Assembly (NCBI GenBank): GCA_019347595.1
Contig: JAHWLA010000003.1
Span: 1-34,167, forward strand
Origin: Actinomycetota bacterium
GTDB taxonomy: Bacteria > Actinomycetota > Acidimicrobiia > Acidimicrobiales > JAHWLA01
Length of the DNA: 34,167 nt
Reading direction: 5' to 3'
Positions within the stretch are counted from its first letter, which is position 1. Each line of letters begins with the position of its first letter. Shown here piece after piece: positions 25,129-33,324 of this stretch. The notes under the pieces were generated by a model. That model made no database searches. It was not told where the DNA came from and saw nothing but the letters and a program-made list of their open reading frames with translations. Both the position numbers and the translations under genes were made by a program.

Positions 25129-26520
25129 TCAGGTGGTCGACGTGCGCTGGGCCCACCAAGCGTCGAGCCGGCGGTAGGCCTCCTCCTCGCCCAGCGGGCC
25201 TTCCTCCATGCGCGCCTCCAGCAGCATGGCCAAGGCCTCGCCCACCGCCCGGCCCGGCCGGATCCCCAGGTGGTCCATCACCTGCTTGCCGTCGAGGTCG
25301 GGCCGCAGCGCGTCGAGCGACTCCTGCTCCCGCAGCCGGGCGATGCGCTCCTCCAACTGGTCCATGCGGGTGGCCAGCTCGGCGGCACGACGCTTGTTCC
25401 TCGTGGTGCAGTCGCACCGCGTCAGCTCGTTCAGCCGGTCCAGCAACGGCCCCGCGTCCCGGGCGTACCGGCGGACGGCGGAGTCGGTCCACCCGCCGTC
25501 CCCCTCGCGATACCCGTGGAAGCGCAGGTGGAGCTCCACCAGCCGTGACACCGCCTCGATGTCGTCGGTGGAGTACCGCATCGCCTTCATGCGGTCCCGC
25601 GTCATGCGGGCGCCGACCACCTCGTGGTGGTGGAACGACACGCCCTCCGGCCCGATCGATCGGGTCTTGGGCTTGCCCACGTCGTGGAACAGCGCCGCCA
25701 GCCGCAGCCACCGGTCCGGTGTGGTGTTCTCGACCACGGCGATGGTGTGGGCCAGCACGTCCTTGTGCCGGTGGATCGGGTCCTGCTCCAGCCCCAGCGC
25801 CGACAGCTCGGGCAGGAACTCGTCGGCCAGCCCGGTGCGCACGAGGAACCACAATCCCGGCCCCGGGTGCTCGACCACCAGCAGCTTGTCGAACTCGTCG
25901 CGGATGCGCTCGGCCGACACGATCTCCAACCGCCCGTGCATCCGCTCCACGGCGCGCACCAGGTCGTCGTCTGGCGTCAGGCCGTACCCCGCCAGGAACC
26001 GGGCCGCCCGCAGCATGCGCAGCGGGTCGTCGGCGAACGACTCCTGGGGCGCCAGCGGCGTGCGCAGCCGGGCCGCGGCCAGGTCGGCGATGCCGCCGAA
26101 GGGGTCGACCAGCTCGAAATCGGGCAGCCGCAGCGCCATGGCGTTCACGGTGAAGTCGCGCCGCGAAAGGTCCGCCTCCACGGCCCCGGCGAACTCCACG
26201 GACGGCTTGCGGGAGTCGGGCTGGTAGGCCTCGGCCCGGTGCGTCGTGATCTCGCACCGCCGCCCCCGCCACAGGCAGCCGATGGTCCCGAACCGCTTGC
26301 CCTGCAACCACACCGCCTCGGCCTCGGGCGCCACCAACGCCTCGATCTCGTCGGGCCGCGCGTCGGTGGTGAAGTCGAGGTCGTCCTCCACTCGCACCCG
26401 GTCGAGCAGGACGTCGCGCACCACCCCGCCCACCAGGTACAGCCGCTTGCCCGCTCGCGCGAAGAGCTCGGCCAACTCGGCCGTCTGGTCGCGCAGCGGG
26501 GCAAAGCGTTCGGGGATCAC
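25129..26520 (-). CDS. cca: CCA-adding tRNA nucleotidyltransferase with HD domain
   Basis: LYLVGGVVRD, DLDFTT (catalytic DxD), RDFTVNAM, and HD part LFHDVGKP. 463 aa. Confidence 0.9.
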   Translation of the reverse strand: MIPERFAPLRDQTAELAELFARAGKRLYLVGGVVRDVLLDRVRVEDDLDFTTDARPDEIEALVAPEAEAVWLQGKRFGTIGCLWRGRRCEITTHRAEAYQPDSRKPSVEFAGAVEADLSRRDFTVNAMALRLPDFELVDPFGGIADLAAARLRTPLAPQESFADDPLRMLRAARFLAGYGLTPDDDLVRAVERMHGRLEIVSAERIRDEFDKLLVVEHPGPGLWFLVRTGLADEFLPELSALGLEQDPIHRHKDVLAHTIAVVENTTPDRWLRLAALFHDVGKPKTRSIGPEGVSFHHHEVVGARMTRDRMKAMRYSTDDIEAVSRLVELHLRFHGYREGDGGWTDSAVRRYARDAGPLLDRLNELTRCDCTTRNKRRAAELATRMDQLEERIARLREQESLDALRPDLDGKQVMDHLGIRPGRAVGEALAMLLEARMEEGPLGEEEAYRRLDAWWAQRTSTT

Positions 26521-26732
26521 AAACCGAGGCTATCGGTCGCCACCAGCGCCGAAGACGGGGATCGACCGGTCAGGACGGGCCATTGTCGTCAACGGTTCCT
26601 GCCCCATGCGGCAGCGCGCGCCTAGTCACAACGGACGGTTTCGTAAACCGCGCTCTATTCACTGACCGTGACCGGCCGATGCACTCGGCGTATCGCAGAC
26701 AGGTACGGGAGCGCGGAGGAGAACGCATCACC

Positions 26733-27371
26733 ATGAAGACGTCTCGCAAGATCCTGTTGTCGATGGGGTCTATCGGAGCAGCGGCGAGCATCGCCGGGCT
26801 CGGAACGTTCGCCACCTTCACCGACTCGGAGAGCGCCTCGCTCACCGTGGACTCGGGAACGGTGAACATCGCCCTCGGCGCCTCGGGCGCCGACAACCGG
26901 ATGAGCGTGGCCGCCGACGGCATGGTGCCGGGCGACACGGCCCAGCGGCGGGTCAAGCTCACAAACCCGACCGGCGCGGACCAGCAGAACCTGGCCTCGA
27001 TCGCGCTGACGACGGCAGCCACCACCAGCTCGCTGCTCGACACCGACGCCACCGACGGCCTGCAGATGAAGATCGAGAAGTGCGGCGGCCTGCTCGGCTG
27101 GCGGGAGTCGGCATCGGCGCCGTACACCTACACGTGCGACCAGCTCAGCGCCGGCGACAACGCCGGCACCCGCACCAGCGTGGTGGCCGAACGGGCCATC
27201 GTCGGCAGCGGCATCGCCATGTCGAACATGGCGGCGCTGACGGTCGGCAGCACCGACGACATGGTGGTCACCGTGCGCCTGCCTTCCAGCGCTGGGAACA
27301 GCTTCCAGGGGCTGAGCTCCACGGTGCAGTTCACCTTCACCGCCACGCAGCGGGCCGCCACCGCCCAGTAA
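26733..27371 (+). CDS. secreted TasA/camelysin-like protein with SipW-class signal peptide
   Basis: ATG 26733 follows GGAGGAG. N-terminus: MKTSRKILLSMGSIGAAASIAGLGTFATFTDSESASLTVDSGTVNI (compare Bacillus ..GTFAyFsD..a.f.sGtldl). ..PGDTAQRRVKLTN.G.. C-terminus GNSFQGLSSTVQFTFTATQ, the family's terminal N..QG....f.F.A.Q block. Confidence 0.7.
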   Translation: MKTSRKILLSMGSIGAAASIAGLGTFATFTDSESASLTVDSGTVNIALGASGADNRMSVAADGMVPGDTAQRRVKLTNPTGADQQNLASIALTTAATTSSLLDTDATDGLQMKIEKCGGLLGWRESASAPYTYTCDQLSAGDNAGTRTSVVAERAIVGSGIAMSNMAALTVGSTDDMVVTVRLPSSAGNSFQGLSSTVQFTFTATQRAATAQ

Positions 27372-27399
27372 CGGCACCCTGACCGCCCACACGGCAGCC

Positions 27400-27423
27400 G
27401 GGCTGCGCCTCCGGGCGCAGCCC
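27400..27423 (+). terminator. GC hairpin between the TasA-like gene and sipW (possible attenuator)
   Basis: gggctgcgcc-tccg-ggcgcagccc has a 10-bp perfect stem. It lies 29 nt after the stop and has no T tract. Confidence 0.3.
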
Positions 27424-27456
27424 GCCTGACGTTCCCAGGAGACACCGATCACAGCA

Positions 27457-28080
27457 ATGCGCACGATCCGAACCATCGCCACGACGACGAGCCGGCTCCT
27501 GGGGCCGGCCTTCGTCGCGCTCTCCCTCGTGGCGTTCGGCGTGCTCGCCGTCGGCCCTCGCACCGGCCGCTACCAGACGGCCACCGTGCTCACTGCCAGC
27601 ATGCGGCCCACCATGCCCGAGGGCTCGATGGTCGTGACCACGCCGGTCGACCCCGCCGACCTGCGCGTGGGCGACGTCATCACCTACCGGAGCCCCGTGG
27701 ACGACCGCCGCATCGTCACCCACCGGGTGGTGGAGATCCACCAGCCCGGCCCCACGCCGATCGTGCGCACCCAGGGCGACGCCAACAACGGCGCCGACCC
27801 GTGGACGGCCCGCCTCAAAGGCGGGGCGGTGTGGAAGGTCCGTGCCGCGGTCCCCAAGGTCGGCTACGCCACCGTCTGGCTGCGCGAGCCGCCGGTCCGC
27901 ACGCTGTTCGTCCTCTTCGTCCCGTTCGTCCTGGCGGCGTTGTGGCTCAAGGACATCTGGGCGGACGACGACGACACAACGGTGCCTCCGCGCTGCCCGC
28001 ACCGGGCCCAGAGCCTGCAGTGCGGCTTCGGCCGGCCGTGGCCGTGGCCGCCCTCCTGTCCCTCGGCGCCTTGGCGGTGA
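27457..28080 (+). CDS. sipW: signal peptidase I, SipW / ER-archaeal type (Ser-His)
   Basis: N-terminal TM, LTASMRPTMPEGS (catalytic Ser box), RIVTHRVVEI (His box), TQGDANNGADP (GDNN box), and a C-terminal TM LFVLFVPFVLAALWL. There is an unusual ~35-aa Pro/Cys/Trp-rich tail. Confidence 0.8.
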   Translation: MRTIRTIATTTSRLLGPAFVALSLVAFGVLAVGPRTGRYQTATVLTASMRPTMPEGSMVVTTPVDPADLRVGDVITYRSPVDDRRIVTHRVVEIHQPGPTPIVRTQGDANNGADPWTARLKGGAVWKVRAAVPKVGYATVWLREPPVRTLFVLFVPFVLAALWLKDIWADDDDTTVPPRCPHRAQSLQCGFGRPWPWPPSCPSAPWR

Positions 28081-28086
28081 GGCAGC

Positions 28087-28515
28087 GTGCGTGAGCGGCG
28101 CTTGCTCGTAGCGGTGGTGGTGACCGTGGTGCTGGCGACCAGCTCGGTCGCCTTCGGCGCGTTCACCAGCGCCCATACGGCGAGCACGACACTCGGCACC
28201 GACGTGCTCACTGCGCCGACCAGCCCGGCCACGGCCCACGGCCCGTGCACGGCGGTGGCGGCGTCGATCGTCGTGTCGTGGACGGCGACCGCCTCGACGT
28301 GGGCCGACGGCTACGAGATCCTCGAGTCCCCGGTGGCCGAAGGCCCGTTCACCCACGTGGCCGCCGTGGACGGGGTGGGCACTACGAACTACACCGTCAC
28401 CGGCCTGTCGTTCGGCACCACCTACCACTACGTGGTGAAGGCCAGGAAGGCGAACTGGCGAAGCAGCCCCACCGCTGTCGTGTCGCACACCACGCTCTCT
28501 GCGCTGTGCCTGTAA
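28087..28515 (+). CDS. small secreted FN3-like protein with SipW-class signal peptide
   Basis: GTG start 6 nt after the sipW stop. MRERRLLVAVVVTVVLATSSVAFGAFTSAHTASTTLG echoes the gene-1 signal. ..IVVSWTATASTWADGYEILES....FTHVAAV...TNYTVTGLSFGTTYHYVVKA is a fibronectin type III pattern. Confidence 0.6.
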   Translation: MRERRLLVAVVVTVVLATSSVAFGAFTSAHTASTTLGTDVLTAPTSPATAHGPCTAVAASIVVSWTATASTWADGYEILESPVAEGPFTHVAAVDGVGTTNYTVTGLSFGTTYHYVVKARKANWRSSPTAVVSHTTLSALCL

Positions 28516-28638
28516 CTAGCCCGATTGCGTTGACACAACCATCCTTTCGGGCCATGCAGTCAACCGCTGAGAGCGCCGAAACCTCTTGAAACGAATGCGC
28601 CGACCCACATCGGACGGAAGCCAGGAGAACGGCACACA

Positions 28639-29196
28639 ATGAACGCTCGCAGAGGATTCGCACTTTTCACCATGGCAGCGGCAGCCGTCGCCGTGGCGCC
28701 CGTGGCCCACGCCGCCCAGACCGCCGACACGACGCTGTCGGTCACCATCGACGCCGGGACGCTCTCGATCTCGGCCCCCATCAGCGCCTCGCTCGGGAAC
28801 GCATCGGCCGCCGTCGGCTCCACAGCCAGCGCCACCATCGGCACCGTGACGGTGTCGGACACCCGGGGCAGCCTGCTCGGCTGGTCGGTGACCGCCGCCA
28901 CCACCACCGCCGCGATGTCCACCGGCGGTGCCACACCCAAGACGATCGCCCTCACGAGCGCCGCGCCGCTGGCGTGGGCGACGGGCGCGGTGGCCGCCAG
29001 CGGCACCAGCCTGCTGGACGGCGTCAGCGCCGGGTCGGGCGGCTTCCTCAACAACACCACGCCGATCGCCGTCGCCGTCTCGGCGCTGGGGTCGGGCGGC
29101 GGCACCTACACCTACACTCCGACGGTGACGCTCACCGTGCCGCCCAACACCGAGGTCGGGACCTACAGCGTGGTCGTGACCCAGACGGTGGCCTGA
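28639..29196 (+). CDS. WxL-domain-like secreted surface protein
   Basis: AGGAGA RBS. Sec signal ..AVAPVAHA/AQ. TLSVTIDAGTLSISAP...IGTVTVSDTRGSLLGWSVTA...GTYSVVVTQTVA is the beta-rich pattern I remember for actinobacterial proteins annotated as WxL domain-containing. Confidence 0.55.
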   Translation: MNARRGFALFTMAAAAVAVAPVAHAAQTADTTLSVTIDAGTLSISAPISASLGNASAAVGSTASATIGTVTVSDTRGSLLGWSVTAATTTAAMSTGGATPKTIALTSAAPLAWATGAVAASGTSLLDGVSAGSGGFLNNTTPIAVAVSALGSGGGTYTYTPTVTLTVPPNTEVGTYSVVVTQTVA

Positions 29197-29204
29197 GCAC
29201 CTCG

Positions 29205-30212
29205 GTGCGCCTTCCCCGTCTGCTGGTCGCCTTCCTGACGCCGGCGCTCGTCTGCCTCACCGGGCTGACGGCGCCGGCGCCGGCGCGTGCGGCGGCCCAG
29301 AGCGGCGAGTTCTCGCTGCGCCCGGTGCGCCCGGCCGACGCCCCCGCCCGCGAGCGCTCCTACATCGTGCGCACGGTCGACGTCGGCAGCGTCTTCACCG
29401 ACCGGCTGGAGGCGGTGAACCTCACCGACGAGCCGCTCGAGCTGGACGTGGCCGCGGTCGACGCCACCGTCCTGGACGACGGCAGCTTTGCCCCGGGCAC
29501 GGCGGCGGCGGCGGAAGGCGCGTGGATCACCGTCACGCCCAGCCGCGTGCGGGTGCCCGCCAAGGGGACAGCCCCGGTGCAGGTGCGCATCACCGTCCCC
29601 GCCGACGCCGCCCTGGGCGACCACATCGCCGCCGTGGTGGCCCAGCGGGCCGACGGCGGGACGACACCGAGCGGGCAGCCCAACGTCGTGCTCCGGCAAC
29701 GGGTCGGCGTGCGCGTCTACCTGACGGTGCGCGGCGACGAGCCGCTGCAGCGCGCCTTCGAGGTCCGCGACCTGCGCTGGGTGGGCGCGCCGTCGGCCCG
29801 CGCCTTCGAGGTCGACATCGCCAACGTGGGCGGCCTCCTCGTCGAACCGGTGGGCACACTGACGATCGAGCGGGGCGGCCTCAGTGCGACGACCGAGCTG
29901 CCGGTACTCGGGACGGTGCCCGTGGGCGAGAGCCGCACGCTGCGGTTCTCGGCAGGCGACACCGAGCTCGAGCCCGGGGCCTACGAGGCCACGCTGACCC
30001 TGCGCGACATCAACGGCGGCCCCGAGCACCAGCGCACCGTGTCGTTCACGGTCGAGGGCGCCGCCGAGCTGGCGGGGCGGGCGTCGAGCGACAGCTCCTT
30101 CCCGTCGTGGCTGGGGGTGGTGGCCGGCGGTGCGCTGGCGGGCGTGGTCTTCGCCCTTTACCGGCGCCGCCGGAACGAAGCCGGAGCCGACGCCCAGCCG
30201 CCTGCCGCCTAG
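29205..30212 (+). CDS. DUF916/DUF3324-like cell-surface protein with C-terminal TM anchor
   Basis: GTG 29205, in frame within track ORF 28974..30212. Signal peptide ..TAPAPARAAAQ. FSLRPV......SYIVRTVDVGSVFTDRLEAVNLTDEPLEL.., AWITVTPSRVRVPAKGTAPVQVRITVP..A.LGDHIAAVV, VGVRVYLTV.G. C-terminal WLGVVAGGALAGVVFALYRRRR. Confidence 0.6.
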   Translation: MRLPRLLVAFLTPALVCLTGLTAPAPARAAAQSGEFSLRPVRPADAPARERSYIVRTVDVGSVFTDRLEAVNLTDEPLELDVAAVDATVLDDGSFAPGTAAAAEGAWITVTPSRVRVPAKGTAPVQVRITVPADAALGDHIAAVVAQRADGGTTPSGQPNVVLRQRVGVRVYLTVRGDEPLQRAFEVRDLRWVGAPSARAFEVDIANVGGLLVEPVGTLTIERGGLSATTELPVLGTVPVGESRTLRFSAGDTELEPGAYEATLTLRDINGGPEHQRTVSFTVEGAAELAGRASSDSSFPSWLGVVAGGALAGVVFALYRRRRNEAGADAQPPAA

Positions 30213-31294
30213 ACCGGCAGCAGCCCGGCCTGCTGGAGGGCGATGCGGAAGTCGTGGGGGTTCGACGCCGCCGCCATGGCGCTGCGCAGGTCGACCATGC
30301 CGTTCTTGAACAGGCCGAACAGGCTCTGGTCGAACGTCTGCATGCCGTAGTACTCGCCCTCGGCGATGACGTTCTCGATCGAATCGTTGAGCGCCTGGTT
30401 GGGGTCGACGATGCGGTCGAACACCCGGCCGGTCATGACCAGCACCTCGACGGAGGGCACCCGGCCCTTGCCGTCGGCCCGCTCCAGCAGCCGCTGGCTG
30501 ACGACGCCGCGCAACGACGAGGCCATCGACAGCCGGATCTGCTTCTGCTGATGGGGCGGGAAGAAGTCGACGATGCGGTTGACCGTCTCCACCGCGTTGG
30601 TGGTGTGGAGCGTCGACAGCACCAGGTGGCCGGTCTCGGCGGCGGCCAACGCCGCCCACACCGTCTCCGGGTCGCGCATCTCGCCGATGAAGATGACGTC
30701 GGGGTCCTGGCGCAGCACCCGCTTCATGGCCATGGAGTAGTCGCGGGTGTCGGTGCCGATTTCCCGCTGGTTGACGATGGCCTTCTTGTCCACGTGCAGG
30801 ACCTCGATGGGGTCCTCGATCGTCACCACGTTCACCGCTTGTGTCTCGTTGATGTGGTCGATCATGGCGGCGATCGTCGTGGTCTTGCCCGCGCCCGTCG
30901 GGCCGGTGACGAGCACCAGGCCGCGGGGCTCTTCGGCCAGCCGGCGCACCACCGAGGGCAGGCCCAGCGACTCGAAGCTGGGGATGCCGGGCAGCACCCG
31001 CCGGAACACCAGCCCTACCGAGCCGCGCTGGCGGAAGACGTTGACCCGGAACCGCCCCAGGCCCGACACGCTGAGCGCGAAGTCGGCCTCGGCCGTCGTC
31101 ACGAACTCGTCGGCCCGGTCCTTGGGCATGACCTGGAACGCCATGCGCTCGGTATCGGCCGGTGTGACGCGGTCGAACGGCGCGGCGATCAGGTGACCGT
31201 CCACGCGCACGTGCGGCGGGGAACCCGCCTTCACATGCAGGTCGGACCCCCGCTGCTCCACGGTGTACTGAAGCAGTTCGTTCAAGTCGAGCAC
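30209..31294 (-). CDS. pilT: PilT-type (twitching-motility) hexameric ATPase, orphan
   Basis: The start is trimmed to GTG 31294 (LDLNELLQYTVEQRGSDLHVKAGSPPHVRVDG). The longer start would overlap the divergent dehydrogenase. Walker A GPTGAGKTTT, Asp box TIEDPIE, Walker B VIFIGEMRD, His box LVLSTLHT. Confidence 0.85.
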   Translation of the reverse strand: MLDLNELLQYTVEQRGSDLHVKAGSPPHVRVDGHLIAAPFDRVTPADTERMAFQVMPKDRADEFVTTAEADFALSVSGLGRFRVNVFRQRGSVGLVFRRVLPGIPSFESLGLPSVVRRLAEEPRGLVLVTGPTGAGKTTTIAAMIDHINETQAVNVVTIEDPIEVLHVDKKAIVNQREIGTDTRDYSMAMKRVLRQDPDVIFIGEMRDPETVWAALAAAETGHLVLSTLHTTNAVETVNRIVDFFPPHQQKQIRLSMASSLRGVVSQRLLERADGKGRVPSVEVLVMTGRVFDRIVDPNQALNDSIENVIAEGEYYGMQTFDQSLFGLFKNGMVDLRSAMAAASNPHDFRIALQQAGLLPV

Positions 31295-31346
31295 TCGAAG
31301 CAATGTCGGCAAAGACGGGGGCGATCCTGAGCGGCGTGCAACACTC

Positions 31347-32621
31347 GTGCCCGTGACGAGGCCCACGAGGCGGGTGACGGTGATCGGCCAGGGCTACGTC
31401 GGCTTGCCCGTGGCGGTGCGGGCGGCCGAGGCCGGCTACTCCGTCGTCGGCTTCGACGTCGACGAGAGCCGGGTGAAGCGGCTGGCCGCCGGGCAGTCGT
31501 TCGTGGAGGACGTGCCGTCGGAGGCGTTGCAACCGCTCCTCGACTCGGGCGCCTACCAGGCGTCGGCCGATCCGGCCTCGCTGGACGGCTTCGACGTCGC
31601 TGTGATCACCGTCCCCACCCCGCTGCGGGAAGGCAACCCCGACCTCAGCTACATCGAGGCGGCCGCCGCCGCGCTGGCCCGTTACCTGCGGCCGGGCGCC
31701 ACCGTGGTCCTGGAGTCGACCACCTACCCGGGCACCACCGAGGAACTGGTCGGCCCCATCCTGGAGGACGGCTCGGGCCTCGTGCCCGGCGACGACTTCT
31801 CGCTCGGCTACAGCCCCGAACGGATCGACCCGGGCAACACTGTGTGGACGTTCACCACCACGCCGAAGGTCGTCTCCGGCATCGACGCCCGTTCGCTGGC
31901 CGCCGTGCAGGCCTTCTACGACACGCTGGTGGAGCGCACCGTTCCCGTCCGCTCCACCCGGGTGGCCGAGCTCACCAAGCTGCTGGAGAACACGTTCCGG
32001 CACGTCAACGTGGCCCTGGTCAACGAGCTGGCCATGTTCGCCAGCGACCTGGGCATCGACGTGTGGGAGGCCATCGACGCGGCGTCGACCAAGCCGTTCG
32101 GATTCATGCGCTTCACTCCGGGGCCGGGCGTGGGCGGCCACTGCCTGCCCATCGACCCCAGCTACCTGAGCTGGCGGGTGAAGCGGGCGCTGGGCCAGAG
32201 CTTCCGCTTCGTGGAACTGGCCAACGACGTGAACGACCACATGCCCGACTACGTGGTGCAGCGGGTGACGGTCGCGCTCAACCGGCGCAAGCTCGCCGTG
32301 AACGGCAGCCGGCTGCTGCTGCTGGGCCTGGCCTACAAGCGCAACACCGGCGATGCGCGGGAGTCGCCCGCCGTGGTGGTGGCCGAGCGGCTGGCGGCGC
32401 TGGGCGCCGAGGTGCGGGCCGCCGACCCCCACGTGGTGGAGGGACGGGTCAGCGAACGGGTGCGCCGAGTGGAGTGCACGGCCGAGGAAGTAGCCGCTGC
32501 CGACCTGGTGATCGTGCTCACCGACCACGACGACTTCGATTACGAACTGGTTGCGGGCGAGGCCGTGGGGGTACTGGACACCCGCCATCGGGCGGTCGGC
32601 GAGCGGGTCGAATATCTGTAA
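31347..32621 (+). CDS. nucleotide-sugar dehydrogenase (UDP-Glc/GDP-Man dehydrogenase family, UDP-N-acetyl-hexosamine type)
   Basis: VTVIGQGYVGLPVA (Rossmann), EST.YPGTT, catalytic-Cys block GPGVGGHCLPIDP, and AYKRNTGDARESPA. The start is either GTG 31347 or GTG 31374. Confidence 0.85.
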   Translation: MPVTRPTRRVTVIGQGYVGLPVAVRAAEAGYSVVGFDVDESRVKRLAAGQSFVEDVPSEALQPLLDSGAYQASADPASLDGFDVAVITVPTPLREGNPDLSYIEAAAAALARYLRPGATVVLESTTYPGTTEELVGPILEDGSGLVPGDDFSLGYSPERIDPGNTVWTFTTTPKVVSGIDARSLAAVQAFYDTLVERTVPVRSTRVAELTKLLENTFRHVNVALVNELAMFASDLGIDVWEAIDAASTKPFGFMRFTPGPGVGGHCLPIDPSYLSWRVKRALGQSFRFVELANDVNDHMPDYVVQRVTVALNRRKLAVNGSRLLLLGLAYKRNTGDARESPAVVVAERLAALGAEVRAADPHVVEGRVSERVRRVECTAEEVAAADLVIVLTDHDDFDYELVAGEAVGVLDTRHRAVGERVEYL

Positions 32622-32661
32622 ACAACCAACGGCAATATCCGATGGCGGCATCCCGTGGTAA

Positions 32662-32689
32662 TTGACTCCGGGGTGCCGGTGGGTAAGCA
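32662..32689 (+). promoter_or_regulatory. candidate sigma70-type promoter for the LPXTG gene
   Basis: TTGACT (32662-32667), 16 nt, TAAGCA (32684-32689), in an AT-richer intergenic stretch about 45 nt upstream of the ATG. Confidence 0.3.
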
Positions 32690-32732
32690 TTGCCACTTAC
32701 GGACTGAATTTGGCGGAAAGGAACCGGAGACG

Positions 32733-33296
32733 ATGGGACGACACCTGGTACGCGCCCTGGTAGCAGCACTGCTGCTGCTACCCGCGGGGGCAGCCGTGGC
32801 ACAGCAGGCGCCGGAGAACAGCAGCCGGTGCCCCCAGACCGAAGGTGCAGGCACATCCGGGCAGTACCCGCCCAACCGAGGCGCCCTGCAGCTCAGCCGC
32901 AGTGCCGCTCGACCGGGCCAGCCCGTCACAGCGAGGGGCTGCGGCTTCCGGCCCGCCTCGACCGTCAACGTCGACCTCGTCATGGGCTCGCAGGTCACGC
33001 GAGTCGGCACAGCGACGGTTGGCGCCGACGGTGGGTTCGAGCTGACGTTCAACGTCCCCGCCAACGCCCCCGTCGGCGACCACACAGTGGAGGCCACCGG
33101 TGTCGACCCGGCGGGCGACGTGCGAGTCCTGTCGGCCACGCTGCGGGTCATCGGCGGCGAGCAGGGCCGCGACCTGCCCCGCACCGGCTCCGACTCGACT
33201 GCCCCGCTGGTGACGGCGGGCGCCGGGCTCGTTCTCCTGGGCGGCGCGGCCGTCGTCGCGGCTCGGCGTCGTCGGGCTGCACGCGTCGAAGCCTGA
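32733..33296 (+). CDS. small LPXTG-type sortase-anchored surface protein
   Basis: ATG 32733 follows GGAG. Signal peptide LVAALLLLPAGAAVAQQ, an Ig-like beta-rich body, and C-terminal LPRTGSD + hydrophobic APLVTAGAGLVLLGGAAVVAA + RRRRAAR. Confidence 0.75.
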   Translation: MGRHLVRALVAALLLLPAGAAVAQQAPENSSRCPQTEGAGTSGQYPPNRGALQLSRSAARPGQPVTARGCGFRPASTVNVDLVMGSQVTRVGTATVGADGGFELTFNVPANAPVGDHTVEATGVDPAGDVRVLSATLRVIGGEQGRDLPRTGSDSTAPLVTAGAGLVLLGGAAVVAARRRRAARVEA

Positions 33297-33324
33297 TCCA
33301 CTCGTTTCCTTCCGCTCTCACGTG

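Noticed and set aside
28018-28094. 24-codon micro-ORF (VRLRPAVAVAALLSLGALAVRQRA*) in an alternative frame across the sipW 3' end, overlapping the next gene's GTG
   Set aside because: It looks like a signal or TM peptide, but both overlapping frames have equally high third-position GC. I therefore cannot distinguish it from chance, and no RBS is evident.
29163-32696. 1177-aa minus-strand ORF, the longest in the track
   Set aside because: It spans the DUF916-like, pilT and dehydrogenase genes and is antisense to two of them. Its product is Arg/Gly/Pro/His-rich with no recognisable motifs. It is a typical stop-free shadow frame in GC-rich DNA, and all three real genes have clear catalytic or structural motifs.
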